From Candidatus Omnitrophota bacterium (lineage in GTDB: Bacteria; Ratteibacteria; UBA8468; B48-G9; JAFGKM01): a DNA stretch of 35,686 nt. This document shows, piece by piece, positions 1-9,547 of the stretch (its first letter is position 1; every line of letters starts with the position of its first letter). A program made the position numbers and the translations under genes. The stretch spans positions 1 through 35,686 of the forward strand of contig QNCF01000001.1 in NCBI GenBank assembly GCA_003644395.1, in the 5' to 3' direction. The notes beneath the pieces were generated by a model that ran no database searches, was not told where the DNA came from, and worked only from the letters and a program-made list of their open reading frames with translations.

Positions 1-1
1 A

Positions 2-115
2 AATATTGAATTATTCTTAAAAGGGAACAATCTCCTTGATACCTATTATGAAGAATTTTACTCTTATGGAACTGAAGGGAGAAGTATTTATGGTGGTTTA
101 ACAGTAAGATTCTGA
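2..115 (+). CDS. TonB-dependent outer-membrane receptor, C-terminal fragment (5' end lies outside the window)
   Basis: An open frame runs in from the window edge: NIELFLKGNNLLDTYYEEFYSYGTEGRSIYGGLTVRF-stop. A final beta-strand ending in a terminal Phe is the classic C-terminus of TonB-dependent receptors. The stop TGA (113-115) overlaps the ATG of the next gene (TGATG). It is absent from the ORF track because it has no start codon in the window. Confidence 0.55.
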   Translation, partial: NIELFLKGNNLLDTYYEEFYSYGTEGRSIYGGLTVRF

Positions 116-990
116 TGAGGAAATTTTTATTAATTTTATTTTCAGCTATATTTTTATATGGACAGAATTATAAAAGGGTTGTCTCTCTTGGACCATATAT
201 CACAGAAAATCTCCATCTTCTCGGAATAGATAAGGAGATAATTGGAGTAACGATACATGAGAGAGAAGAAAGGAAAAAGGGGAAGGAAATTATAGGGACT
301 TTATTGCAGCCAAATACTGAAAAAATCCTTTCCCTTAAACCAGATTTGGTAATAGCATCCAAGGAAGGAAATACACGCCAGAGTGTGGAGAAACTCAAAT
401 CTGTGGGATTGAAAGTTGTGGTAACTGGAGAAATATTTAATTTCAAGAGTATATGTGATAATTTTCTTTATTTGGCAAGGATTTTTAATAAGGAGAAGAC
501 TGGAAAAGAAATTGTAAAAAGGGAAAAGGAAAGACTGGAAAGATTAAAAAAGTTTTTTTCTAAATACAGAACGAAAAAGGTCTTCTTCTGCCTTGGAATA
601 AAACCACTTTTCACAGCAGGGGGTAAATCCTATATAGATGAAATGATAAGATTTGCAGGAGGTAAAAATATTTTTGGAGATATTAAAAGGAAATACATTC
701 CGGTAAGTTTTGAAGAAGTTATTAAAAGGGACCCTGATGTTATCATTCAGGTGAAAATGGGTTCTGACTTTTTATGGAATAAATTTGAGAATTTAAAAGC
801 TGTAAAAAATAATAGAGTTTTTAAAGTTGAACCAACCCTCTTCTGCAGTCCAACCCCGAAAAGTTTTGTTGATGCAGTTGAAAAGATTGGTAGATTAATC
901 CACGGAGAGAAAATTAAAGATGAAAAAATTAGTTATTTTAATTTTACTGGTGATTTTAAGTATAATTGCAGGTATTTGTTTAGGCTCTGA
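115..990 (+). CDS. Periplasmic substrate-binding protein of a BtuF/FhuD-type (cobalamin / iron-siderophore / heme class) ABC importer
   Basis: 291 aa with a signal-like N-terminus MRKFLLILFSAIFLYG. The blocks RVVSLGPYITENLHLLG, EIIGV and LKPDLVIAS are typical of this binding-protein class. It sits in an operon with a FecCD permease and an ATPase. The last 71 nt overlap the permease ORF. Confidence 0.75.
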   Translation: MRKFLLILFSAIFLYGQNYKRVVSLGPYITENLHLLGIDKEIIGVTIHEREERKKGKEIIGTLLQPNTEKILSLKPDLVIASKEGNTRQSVEKLKSVGLKVVVTGEIFNFKSICDNFLYLARIFNKEKTGKEIVKREKERLERLKKFFSKYRTKKVFFCLGIKPLFTAGGKSYIDEMIRFAGGKNIFGDIKRKYIPVSFEEVIKRDPDVIIQVKMGSDFLWNKFENLKAVKNNRVFKVEPTLFCSPTPKSFVDAVEKIGRLIHGEKIKDEKISYFNFTGDFKYNCRYLFRL

Positions 991-1873
991 ATTCCTCTCT
1001 CCTTTAAAGATTTTTAAGATAAAGTATCTTGAAGATTTTGAAAGGAAGATAATATTTGATTTAAGATTACCCCGTGTGATGGCTGGATTTTTCACAGGAG
1101 GTGGACTTGCAATTACAGGTGCTGTTTTACAGGGACTTTTAAAAAATCCACTTGCAGAAAGTTATACACTTGGAATTTCTGGAGGAGCGTCTTTGGGGAT
1201 ATGTATAGGTGTGATAATTGGTAAATACCTGTGCATCCCTTTATTTGGATTCATTGGCGGAATTATAAGCACACTCATAATTGTAATTGCTGGCTCAAAA
1301 AAGAATTTATCAAATCCTTCACTGATATTGCTTGGAGTAATCTTAAATTTCATCTTCTCTTCTTTTGTCCTTTTTATCCTTGCGATATCTGAAAGGGAAA
1401 GATTCCAGCAGAGTTTTTTCTGGCTTATTGGAGACCTTTCTTATTTTCCATATTTTCTTTTTAAACCAGCCATACTTATAATTCTGTTTTTCTCCATTTT
1501 CATCCTGACTTTTTCAAGGCAACTTGACATCATAAGCATTGGAGAAGAAAAAGCAAAAACCCTTGGAGTTGAAAGCGAGAAAGTTAAAAAGATACTTTTT
1601 ATTTTTTCTTCAATAATAACAGGAAGTTGTGTGAGCCTTGGAGGTATGATAGGGTTTGTCGGTCTTATCGTTCCTCATATTTCAAGAATATTTTTTGGTT
1701 CAGCCCATTTAAAAATTCTTCCTGTAAGTTTCATTCTTGGAGGGTGTCTTCTTACTCTTGCTGATACAATTGCAAGGACTGTAATAAGTCCGATTGAAAT
1801 CCCTGTTGGTGTAATAACGAGCCTTTTTGGTGGATTATTTTTCCTCTTCCTTCTTTTAAGGAAAAAGACCTGA
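920..1873 (+). CDS. FecCD/BtuC-family ABC transporter permease
   Basis: 317 aa, multi-TM. Family blocks: LRLPRVMAGFFTGGGLAITGAVLQGLLKNPLAESYTLGISGGASLG and GMIGFVGLIVPHISR. Confidence 0.85.
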   Translation: MKKLVILILLVILSIIAGICLGSEFLSPLKIFKIKYLEDFERKIIFDLRLPRVMAGFFTGGGLAITGAVLQGLLKNPLAESYTLGISGGASLGICIGVIIGKYLCIPLFGFIGGIISTLIIVIAGSKKNLSNPSLILLGVILNFIFSSFVLFILAISERERFQQSFFWLIGDLSYFPYFLFKPAILIILFFSIFILTFSRQLDIISIGEEKAKTLGVESEKVKKILFIFSSIITGSCVSLGGMIGFVGLIVPHISRIFFGSAHLKILPVSFILGGCLLTLADTIARTVISPIEIPVGVITSLFGGLFFLFLLLRKKT

Positions 1874-1874
1874 T

Positions 1875-2663
1875 ATGGAAGAGATTTTGAAAGTTGATGG
1901 AATTAATTGTGGTTATGGTAAAAAGCCTGTTCTTAAGAATATCTCTTTTTCGGTAAAAGAGGGAGAAATTGTTGGAATTATAGGGCCAAATGGTTCTGGT
2001 AAAACAACTCTTGCAAAAGTGATAAGCAGAAATCTGAAACCTTACAGTGGATATGTTTATTATAAAGGGAAAGATATATTCAAACTCCATCCAATTTTAT
2101 TTTCAAGACAAATTGCCTATCTACCATCAGATTTTGAGATTTATTTCCCTTATTCTGTTGAGGAATTTGTAAGCATGGGCAGATTTCCATACACAGGTAG
2201 ATTTGGAACTCTAAAAAAGGATGACAGGGAAGCAATTAATGAGAGTCTGCATCTTCTTGATATTTTCAATCTTAAGGACAGGAATGTTCAGGAACTTTCT
2301 GAAGGAGAAAAGCAAAGAGTCTTCCTTGCACAGGTCATTGCACAGCAGACTCCTCTTCTTCTTCTTGATGAACCTGTTTCTCATCTTGATATAGGATATA
2401 AATTCTCAATAATGGATTTATTGAAAAGGTTGAATAAAGAAAGAGGTATTACTGTTTTGATAATTCTCCATGACCTAAACCTTGCATCTGAATACTGTGA
2501 CAGGCTGATTCTTCTGCATAAAGGTTGTATTTATAAAGATGGAAGTCCTGATGAAGTTTTGGAATACAAGATTATTGAAGAAGTTTATGAAACAAAAGTC
2601 CTTGTATACAAAAATCCCTTCACAAATAGACCATATGTATTTGGAATACCTGAAAAAATTTAA
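1875..2663 (+). CDS. ABC transporter ATP-binding protein (FepC/BtuD-like)
   Basis: 262 aa with Walker A GPNGSGKTT, ABC signature LSEGEKQRV, Walker B LLLLDEP and H-loop ILHD. It starts 1 nt after the permease stop. Confidence 0.9.
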   Translation: MEEILKVDGINCGYGKKPVLKNISFSVKEGEIVGIIGPNGSGKTTLAKVISRNLKPYSGYVYYKGKDIFKLHPILFSRQIAYLPSDFEIYFPYSVEEFVSMGRFPYTGRFGTLKKDDREAINESLHLLDIFNLKDRNVQELSEGEKQRVFLAQVIAQQTPLLLLDEPVSHLDIGYKFSIMDLLKRLNKERGITVLIILHDLNLASEYCDRLILLHKGCIYKDGSPDEVLEYKIIEEVYETKVLVYKNPFTNRPYVFGIPEKI

Positions 2664-2688
2664 TAAAAATTGAGAAAGAAATTATAAT
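2660..2688 (+). promoter_or_regulatory. Possible sigma70-type promoter ahead of the six-paralog operon
   Basis: TTAATA (2660-2665), a 17 nt spacer, then a perfect TATAAT (2683-2688). The SD GGAGGTGGAGG follows at 2700-2710. The -35 is weak, and the AT-rich background makes chance matches likely. Confidence 0.25.
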
Positions 2689-2710
2689 AAACAATCAATG
2701 GAGGTGGAGG

Positions 2711-4090
2711 ATGAAAAGTGCTATTTATGAAAAAGTTGGTGTAAAGATTGTTTATGGAGCTCTTGTCCATAAAGGAACCCATGAAGGACCATGCAGAATA
2801 GGAGATAAAAAATCTTTATCTCTGGAGAATGAAAGAAAATTGGCTAAAGAGGATTTTTCAAATTTTGTAAAAGAAGTGGAAAGGAATATAAATAAGGAAT
2901 ATGCTGAACTGCTGGAACCTGTTTATATTGAATACTTTGAGGATTTCATTATAAAAGAGAGCGAATTTAAAAAATTAGAAAAAGATCTGGAAAATGTTGA
3001 TTTATTTCTTTTAAAAGGAAGAATCCCTGGCATTGAAAGGTATAAAAAACCTGTTTGTATGATTGGTAAGGGAGTGACAAATGTTGATGTTTCAGCATAT
3101 ATGAGAAGCAGAGGGTTTGAGGGTTACGCAATTTTTGATTTTAACCATCTTAATGATTTAATTTATCTGCTTAAAGTTAGAAAATCAATTAAAAAAACAA
3201 AAATATTGAGAATATCCGGTGGTGAAGAAATACCATGGGGAGTTGTAAGCAGTATATATGATTTTGAAAAAATTAAAGATAAATATGGAACAGAAGTTAA
3301 AACAATTCTTTTTGATGAGTTTTTTGGAGAAATGGAAGAAATAGAGAAAAAAGAAACAGAAGAGGCTGAAAAGATTTACAGTAAACTGGTTAAAGAAGCA
3401 GTAAAGGTACATATGAAGAAGGAAGATATAATTGGCAGTATTTATTTTTATTTAACAGCAAGAAGTTTAATGGGGAAATTTAACTGTAATGCTTTTACCT
3501 GCTCCTGTTTTGAACTTTGCAGTACACAGATTCCTGAAAAGAAAAAATTTACTCCATGTCTTACCCACACTCTTTTGAAAGATGAAGGGTTTCCCTCTTC
3601 CTGTGAAGAAGATATAAGTGTACTTCTGGCTATGGCTATTTTAATGTATCTTTCAAAAAAATCTTCTTACATGGGAAATCCTTATGTTGTGGATAAAAAC
3701 ATTTTAAGGATAATTCACGATGTTCCTGGAATAAAAATGAAAGGACTTGATAAAGAACCACTTCAATATGAAATAAGAAATTTTACAGTTGCTGGATGGG
3801 GAGTAAATATAAGGTATGATTTTTCTCAGGATAAAGGAGAAAAAGTTACACTTGCAAGATTTGATCCGCTTGGTGAAAAAATCCTCGTTGTGAAAGGGGA
3901 GATATTGAAAGGATTGAATTTCAATGAGATTGGATGTTCCTTAGGTGTTGAAATTAAAGTATCTGATGCAATGGAATATTTCAATAAGGCTGGAGATTTT
4001 GGCCACCACCTTGCCATGGTTTACGGAGATTATACAGAAAAGATTAAAAAACTTGCCAGATTGATGGATTTTGAAGTTGTTGAAGTTTAA
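2711..4090 (+). CDS. AraA/FucI-superfamily isomerase-like protein, paralog 1 (Asn-type)
   Basis: 459 aa, with SD GGAGGTGGAGG directly upstream. Core motifs: FTCSC, TPC-x14-CEED-x21-N (SSYMGNPYV), IIHDVPG, IGCSLGVEIKV, GHHLAMVYGDY. The CExD...MGN...H pattern aligns with the AEGD...FMED...H catalytic core of E. coli L-arabinose isomerase (recalled from memory). Confidence 0.7.
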   Translation: MKSAIYEKVGVKIVYGALVHKGTHEGPCRIGDKKSLSLENERKLAKEDFSNFVKEVERNINKEYAELLEPVYIEYFEDFIIKESEFKKLEKDLENVDLFLLKGRIPGIERYKKPVCMIGKGVTNVDVSAYMRSRGFEGYAIFDFNHLNDLIYLLKVRKSIKKTKILRISGGEEIPWGVVSSIYDFEKIKDKYGTEVKTILFDEFFGEMEEIEKKETEEAEKIYSKLVKEAVKVHMKKEDIIGSIYFYLTARSLMGKFNCNAFTCSCFELCSTQIPEKKKFTPCLTHTLLKDEGFPSSCEEDISVLLAMAILMYLSKKSSYMGNPYVVDKNILRIIHDVPGIKMKGLDKEPLQYEIRNFTVAGWGVNIRYDFSQDKGEKVTLARFDPLGEKILVVKGEILKGLNFNEIGCSLGVEIKVSDAMEYFNKAGDFGHHLAMVYGDYTEKIKKLARLMDFEVVEV

Positions 4091-4111
4091 TGGTTAAAAA
4101 AGGGGGTAATT

Positions 4112-5437
4112 ATGGATGGTGAGAAAAGTAAAAAGGTGCTTTACATTCAGATATTCGGGAATAAAACTGAAAATGTTGAAAAAGCAAAAAAGGAAATAAA
4201 AGAAATAGCAGGAGATATTGTTGAATTTTTGCCTGATGTTATTTTTGATAAAAAGATACCTTCAGATATCTCTCCTTATTTAAATATAAAAACAGATATT
4301 GTTGTGCCTTTATTTCTGGGACTTGATGTTGAACCATTTGCTTACATAAAAAAACCAATCATTTTATGGACAGAGGGCGGGTATTATGGAGCATGGTCAA
4401 AAGACCTCAATTCTTTTTTAACCTTAAAGGGAGCAGAAGTTTACCAGTTTATAACTCCATCTGAGGCCAGAGAGACATTGAAAGTTTTAAGAACAAGAAA
4501 AAGAATGAGTAAAAGTAAAATTTTATATTTTGGAGAAATGGCAGGAACAACTGCTCACAGAGACCTTTCTGGAGTGATAGGTTCTGACTGGAATCTGGAA
4601 AGGGTAAAGGATGTTTTTGGGTGCATCGTTAAACAGATACCGATGGATTATCTCTTAAAAGAAGTGGATAAAGTGAATCTGGATTCAGCAAAAGAAGAAT
4701 TTAAAGAATGGGAAGATAAAGTTGAGGATTTTGGAGATATAAGCAAAGATGGTTATCTGGAGGTTGTAAAATTTTATCTTGCAATGAAAAAAATATTAAA
4801 AGAACAGGATGCAGATGCATTAACAATAAACTGTTTATCAGATTTATTTAAGAAAAAATTCATTACACCATGCCAGGCTCTTGCAAAACTGAACGATGAA
4901 GATATACCAGCAGGTTGCGAAGGTGATCTGAACGCCTTGCTTACAATGATGGTTTTCCATTATACAACAGATACTCCTTCCATTATGGGAAATATTTATC
5001 TTTTCAGACCGGAAAATGGGCCTGGATTTCCACCTCCTGAAGTCAGAGTTGCTGATGCAAAAGAATACCTTTCTCAAAATAAAGCAAGATTCACTCATGA
5101 TGTAATTCCATTGAGAATTGCAAAAAGCAAATATTTTCTCACCACTTATCACAACAGTGGTAAAGGAATAACAGGATATGCTGAATTACCAAAAGGTGAA
5201 ATAACTGTTGCAAGAATAGGCCCAGAAGCAAATAGAATGGTGATTACAACTGCTGAAATTGTAGAAGTTGAAAAATCTGGACATTGTTCATTCTCTGCTT
5301 ATTTAAAAATGAAAAACCTTGAAGAATATCTGAGGCAAACATCATCAATTCACAATGTAATCACTTATGGGAACCATATAAGCGAAATAAAAAAATTGGG
5401 AAAAATAATGAATCTTAAAGTTGTTGAAATTGGATAG
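4112..5437 (+). CDS. AraA/FucI-superfamily isomerase-like protein, paralog 2 (Asn-type)
   Basis: 441 aa, SD GGGGG. Core motifs: LTINC, TPC-x14-CEGD-x21-N (PSIMGNIYL), FTHDVIP, GHCSFSAYLKM, IHNVITYGNH. Closest in motif wording to paralog 5. Confidence 0.7.
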   Translation: MDGEKSKKVLYIQIFGNKTENVEKAKKEIKEIAGDIVEFLPDVIFDKKIPSDISPYLNIKTDIVVPLFLGLDVEPFAYIKKPIILWTEGGYYGAWSKDLNSFLTLKGAEVYQFITPSEARETLKVLRTRKRMSKSKILYFGEMAGTTAHRDLSGVIGSDWNLERVKDVFGCIVKQIPMDYLLKEVDKVNLDSAKEEFKEWEDKVEDFGDISKDGYLEVVKFYLAMKKILKEQDADALTINCLSDLFKKKFITPCQALAKLNDEDIPAGCEGDLNALLTMMVFHYTTDTPSIMGNIYLFRPENGPGFPPPEVRVADAKEYLSQNKARFTHDVIPLRIAKSKYFLTTYHNSGKGITGYAELPKGEITVARIGPEANRMVITTAEIVEVEKSGHCSFSAYLKMKNLEEYLRQTSSIHNVITYGNHISEIKKLGKIMNLKVVEIG

Positions 5438-5450
5438 AAAGGAAGAAAAA

Positions 5451-6812
5451 ATGAAAGAATTAAATGTAAAGCCACTCCTTATTTATCAACTCCCTGAGAG
5501 AAAAAAACAGAGGAGCTGGCGTCCATGGGGAGGTATACAGACAGAGGATGATTTAAAGGAAGAGATAAATAGAATCAATAAAGAAATTGAAGAATTATTA
5601 CATAAAATAGAATTCCCGTGCAGGATATTGCCATTAACTCCAATTGACAGAAAAGATAAAATAGACAGCCAGGAGATTAATTATTCAGATGTTCTGTTAA
5701 TTTATGCAGCAGGTGGTTCTGTAGATATTTTAGATAAATTAACTTCTTATGGGAAACCTGTTATCTTTTTTATAAGGCATAGATCTGGGCCGATTTATTA
5801 CTGGTATGAAGTTATCCACCCGACTTTTCTCCGTAGAAAGACTGATGATATTTCAAGAGGAGATGTTGGTGTAGAAGATATAGTTATAGATGATTATGAT
5901 GAGATCTTATGGAGGTTAAGAAGCATTTATGGTTTAAAAAATACGATAGGGAAAAGGATAATTGCTGTAGGAGGGCCTTCTGGATGGGGAGAAATTTCTG
6001 GAAGAGATGCACCTTTTCTTGCAAGGAAGATATGGCACCTTGATATAATAGATTTTCCTTATCCAGAACTTGGAGAAAGAATAAAAAAAGAAAAGAATAA
6101 AATTTTAAATGAATGCGAAAGGAAAGCCAGAGAGTATCTCCAGCAGGGAAATATCACTCTTGAGACAGATGAGAAATTTGTAATAAATTCTTTTCTTCTT
6201 TATAAAATTTTTAAAGATTTATTGATTGAATACAAATCCGATGCAATAACAATAAATTACTGTATGAATACTATTATGCCTTTAGCAGAAACTACAGCCT
6301 GTCTCCCTTTGAGTTTACTCAATGATGAGGGATACCTCGCTTTCTGTGAATCAGATTTTGTTGTTATACCATCCGGTATCCTTTTACATCATATTTCAGG
6401 TAAACCAGTATTTCTTAATGACCCGACAACTCCTCATAATGGAATAGTAACTCTTGCTCATTGTACAGCACCGAGAAAGATGGATGGGAAAAATTATGAA
6501 CCAGCAAAAATAGTTACGCATTTTGAATCGGATTATGGAGCATCCCCAAAAGTTGAATTCAAAAAAGGACAGCAAGTAACAGTAATAGTTCCTGATTTCA
6601 GTGGAAAGTTATGGATAGGGTTTAAAGGGAAAATACTGGAATCCCCTTCCTTCCCTATATGCCGTTCTCAAGTAGAGGTGGAAATAGAAGGAGACTGGAA
6701 GAAATTATTGCAGAAGATGAGGGGATTTCACTGGATGATGTGTTATGGAGATTACCTGAAAGAAGTCGGATATGCATTGAAAAAAGTTGGTATAAAATTT
6801 GAAATTGTTTAA
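5451..6812 (+). CDS. AraA/FucI-superfamily isomerase-like protein, paralog 3 (Asp-type)
   Basis: The track ORF starts at TTG 5421. I prefer ATG 5451 (MKELNVKPLL), which follows AGGAAG. Core motifs: ITINYC, TAC-x14-CESD-x21-D (VFLNDP), LAHCTAP, ICRSQVEVEI, GFHWMMCYGDY. Closest to paralog 4. Confidence 0.7.
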   Translation: MKELNVKPLLIYQLPERKKQRSWRPWGGIQTEDDLKEEINRINKEIEELLHKIEFPCRILPLTPIDRKDKIDSQEINYSDVLLIYAAGGSVDILDKLTSYGKPVIFFIRHRSGPIYYWYEVIHPTFLRRKTDDISRGDVGVEDIVIDDYDEILWRLRSIYGLKNTIGKRIIAVGGPSGWGEISGRDAPFLARKIWHLDIIDFPYPELGERIKKEKNKILNECERKAREYLQQGNITLETDEKFVINSFLLYKIFKDLLIEYKSDAITINYCMNTIMPLAETTACLPLSLLNDEGYLAFCESDFVVIPSGILLHHISGKPVFLNDPTTPHNGIVTLAHCTAPRKMDGKNYEPAKIVTHFESDYGASPKVEFKKGQQVTVIVPDFSGKLWIGFKGKILESPSFPICRSQVEVEIEGDWKKLLQKMRGFHWMMCYGDYLKEVGYALKKVGIKFEIV

Positions 6813-6823
6813 TGGAGGAAAAG

Positions 6824-8200
6824 ATGGAATTAAGAATTTTAATTATTAAACCACCAAAACAATACCTTTCTGAAAAGGAGAGTGAAAAAGGTTATTGGGG
6901 ATTTGTAAGGTGTAAGAAGGATTATGAGGAGGAAAAAGAAAATATAAATAAGGAATTTAAAAATCTGGTCGGATCAATTAAAAAAGAAGGTATAGAGGCA
7001 AATCTTCTGCCAGCAATAGAAGTTGAAAATATAAGTGATTTATTAAAAAAAGAGAAAGAGATTAAAAAATCTGATGTAAATATAGTCTTAACAATATCCT
7101 GGGGTGGATGGTATTCCTGTGGAGATTTAATACATGGAATAGTTGCTTTATCAGATTATGTGATTTTCTATGATAGTTTTAAGGAGAATATATATGCGGG
7201 AACATTATTTAATCCACCTGCTTATAAATTGCTTGAAAAAAATGGACTTTCAGAAAAAATTTTTCTTGTGGAGGGAGATAAAGAGAAGATAAAAATTATT
7301 CTGAGAGCAATCTATTCATTAAAGAAAATTTCATCTTCAAATCTTGTATGTGTTGGCCCAATGAATCCACTGTTTGGAGGATGGTTTTCTTTTAAAAAAG
7401 GGACTGAAACTTTCGGGTATAAAACTGTATTCTACACATACGATGAATTTGTTGAGGATTTCAATAATTTCATGAAAGATAAGGATAAATGTAAAGAAGC
7501 AAAAAGAGTGATTGAAGAATTCATATCAAACTCAGAAGGAGTTATTGAACCAACAGAAGAAAAACTTCTCAGGGCGGGAATATACTACCTTGTTTTAAAG
7601 AAATATGTGGAGGAAAATGAATCTGATTGGATAACAGTAAACTGCTGGGGTAAACTTATTGAGACAACAGAATCCACACCATGTTTTGCATTTTCAAAAT
7701 TTAATGATGATGGAATAGTTGCAACATGTGAAGCCGACCCAACTGCCATGATTACCCATTATCTTATGAGACATATTTCCGGAAAACCAGCATTTTTTAA
7801 TGACCCAACTGTAAATGAAAAAGATGGAACACTTATACTTGCCCACTGCACCTCTCCAACAAAACTTCTTGGATTCAGTAAACCTCCATTTTCTTATCAA
7901 GTGAGAACACACCATGAATCAAATTATGGAGCAACTCCAAAACTTATATTTAAAGAAGGTAATGTGACAGTAACTGGATTATCTTTTGATATGGAGAAAA
8001 TGCTTATTTTAAAAGGAGAAGTTATTGGCAGTCCTGATTTAAGGATATGTCGGTCTCAGGTGGAGGTAAAAGTGAATAATCCATCAGAAATACTTGAGGA
8101 CTGGCAGGGTTTCCACTGGGTGCTTGTGTATGGAGACTATACTGAAGAGATGGAGATAATCTGCAAGATAAAGAAGATAAAAGGAATTGTTTATAAATAA
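6824..8200 (+). CDS. AraA/FucI-superfamily isomerase-like protein, paralog 4 (Asp-type)
   Basis: The track ORF starts at ATG 6812, which overlaps the upstream TAA. ATG 6824 (MELRILII) sits 5 nt after GGAGG and is the better start. Core motifs: ITVNC, TPC-x14-CEAD-x21-D (AFFNDP), LAHCTSP, ICRSQVEVKV, GFHWVLVYGDY. Confidence 0.7.
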   Translation: MELRILIIKPPKQYLSEKESEKGYWGFVRCKKDYEEEKENINKEFKNLVGSIKKEGIEANLLPAIEVENISDLLKKEKEIKKSDVNIVLTISWGGWYSCGDLIHGIVALSDYVIFYDSFKENIYAGTLFNPPAYKLLEKNGLSEKIFLVEGDKEKIKIILRAIYSLKKISSSNLVCVGPMNPLFGGWFSFKKGTETFGYKTVFYTYDEFVEDFNNFMKDKDKCKEAKRVIEEFISNSEGVIEPTEEKLLRAGIYYLVLKKYVEENESDWITVNCWGKLIETTESTPCFAFSKFNDDGIVATCEADPTAMITHYLMRHISGKPAFFNDPTVNEKDGTLILAHCTSPTKLLGFSKPPFSYQVRTHHESNYGATPKLIFKEGNVTVTGLSFDMEKMLILKGEVIGSPDLRICRSQVEVKVNNPSEILEDWQGFHWVLVYGDYTEEMEIICKIKKIKGIVYK

Positions 8201-8210
8201 GGAGGAGAAA

Positions 8211-9536
8211 ATGAAAGTAAGTATCCAGCCTGTAAATTTAATACCACCTCAAAAAGATATCTCTCAACTTCCAGTTTTAAGGGTGGAGACATGGATAAAG
8301 GGGCCAAAAAAACCAAGAAATTTAAAAAGAATAAAAGAGATACCACCGGAAGATGTAAGTATTGAAAAACTCTGTGAAAAGTTTGACTTTTTGGAAATTC
8401 TTCCTCCCGAAAATATCAGAAAAGTAAGCGATATTGATGGACTTAAAAGGGATGTATCTGCTTATATCATAAGCGGTTATGACCTTGCATTAGCAGGGGA
8501 GATAGCTAAACTTGGAAAGCCAGTTTTACCTTACTGGGATAACTGGGGATATGCATGGAATGGAAGATGGATAAAGGAAGCCAGTGATGAAGCTGGTGGA
8601 GTATGTTTCGTCCCATTTGGTTCTGAAGATATTGAGAAAATTATAAGAGTTTTAAGAGCATATACCTTCATAAGGGAAATGAGAGTATTATATATAGGAG
8701 ATATACCTTCAAACAGTGTTAAAGATGCAAATTATGATTTTACAGACCTTGAAACCAGATTTGGAATACAGTTTATCCACCTGAATTTTGATGATTTATT
8801 AAAAGCAGTTGAAAAAATAAGTGATGAAGAGAGTGGAAAAATAGCAAATCTCTGGAAAGAAAATGCAGAGATTCTTGATGGAAGAGAAAAAAGACTTAAA
8901 GATTATGCAAAAATATATTTGGGATTGAAAAAATTACTGGAGGAATACAATGCCAATGGTTTAACAGTTGATTGTGCTTTTTTACCGAATGTTGAACTTG
9001 TCCCATGTTATTCTTTTGGAATTCTGATAGATGAAGGGATACCATGTGGATGTGAAGGAGATACATCTGCTCTTTTGGGAATGAGCATACTTATGGGTTT
9101 ATCAGGAAAATCTGCATTAATGGGAAACTTATTTGAAAATAATACACATGATGATATTGAAAACAATGTAATTGTAATAAACCATGATGTTGTCCCTCCT
9201 TCTATGGGAGATGGGAAAGAAAAGATAAAATTGAGAGATTTCCATGCATCTAAAAAAGGGCTTACAGGATTTGTAAAACTTAAGGAAGGTGAGAAAGTAA
9301 CTATTGTTGGAATGGACAGGAAAGCAAGAAGAATCTGGTATAGCGAAGGCGAAATTTTATGGACAGAAGATACAGTCCATTGCAGAACAAGTATCGGTAT
9401 AAAAGTAAAAGATGCAAAAAGAATTGGAAAAGAAAGTTTTGGTCATCATCAGGCAATCTCTTATGGAAACCTATGTGATGAAATTGAAATGCTTGGAAAA
9501 ATATTTAAAATAGAAACCATAAATTTAGGAAAATGA
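8211..9536 (+). CDS. AraA/FucI-superfamily isomerase-like protein, paralog 5 (Asn-type)
   Basis: The track ORF starts at TTG 8187. ATG 8211 (MKVSIQP) follows GGAGGAG. Core motifs: LTVDC, VPC-x14-CEGD-x21-N (SALMGNLFE), INHDVVP, VHCRTSIGIKV, GHHQAISYGN. Confidence 0.7.
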   Translation: MKVSIQPVNLIPPQKDISQLPVLRVETWIKGPKKPRNLKRIKEIPPEDVSIEKLCEKFDFLEILPPENIRKVSDIDGLKRDVSAYIISGYDLALAGEIAKLGKPVLPYWDNWGYAWNGRWIKEASDEAGGVCFVPFGSEDIEKIIRVLRAYTFIREMRVLYIGDIPSNSVKDANYDFTDLETRFGIQFIHLNFDDLLKAVEKISDEESGKIANLWKENAEILDGREKRLKDYAKIYLGLKKLLEEYNANGLTVDCAFLPNVELVPCYSFGILIDEGIPCGCEGDTSALLGMSILMGLSGKSALMGNLFENNTHDDIENNVIVINHDVVPPSMGDGKEKIKLRDFHASKKGLTGFVKLKEGEKVTIVGMDRKARRIWYSEGEILWTEDTVHCRTSIGIKVKDAKRIGKESFGHHQAISYGNLCDEIEMLGKIFKIETINLGK

Positions 9537-9547
9537 GGAGGGGGAAA

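Noticed and set aside
1-114. A cobalamin riboswitch or other leader RNA upstream of the BtuF-like gene.
   Set aside because: These 114 nt are coding (the C-terminus of the TonB-dependent receptor, open to the window edge). Any riboswitch would lie upstream of the receptor, outside the window.
920-990. The 71-nt overlap between the binding-protein ORF and the permease ORF, considered as a sign of a frameshift or pseudogene.
   Set aside because: Both ORFs are full length for their families, and the permease N-terminus MKKLVILILLVILSIIAGI looks genuine. The binding-protein tail after about RLIHGEK is probably a non-conserved extension caused by a late stop. Nothing indicates disruption.
5421-5450. 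Long N-terminal extensions from upstream starts given by the ORF track: TTG at 5421, 8187, 27971 and 30630; ATG at 6812, 9533, 29239 and 29798.
   Set aside because: In each case a downstream ATG sits 5-9 nt after a GGAGG-type SD and produces a sensible N-terminus. Examples are a signal peptide or lipobox for tolB, pal and the LysM protein, and the GSTGSIG Rossmann start for dxr. The extensions overlap the upstream gene and add no recognisable sequence.
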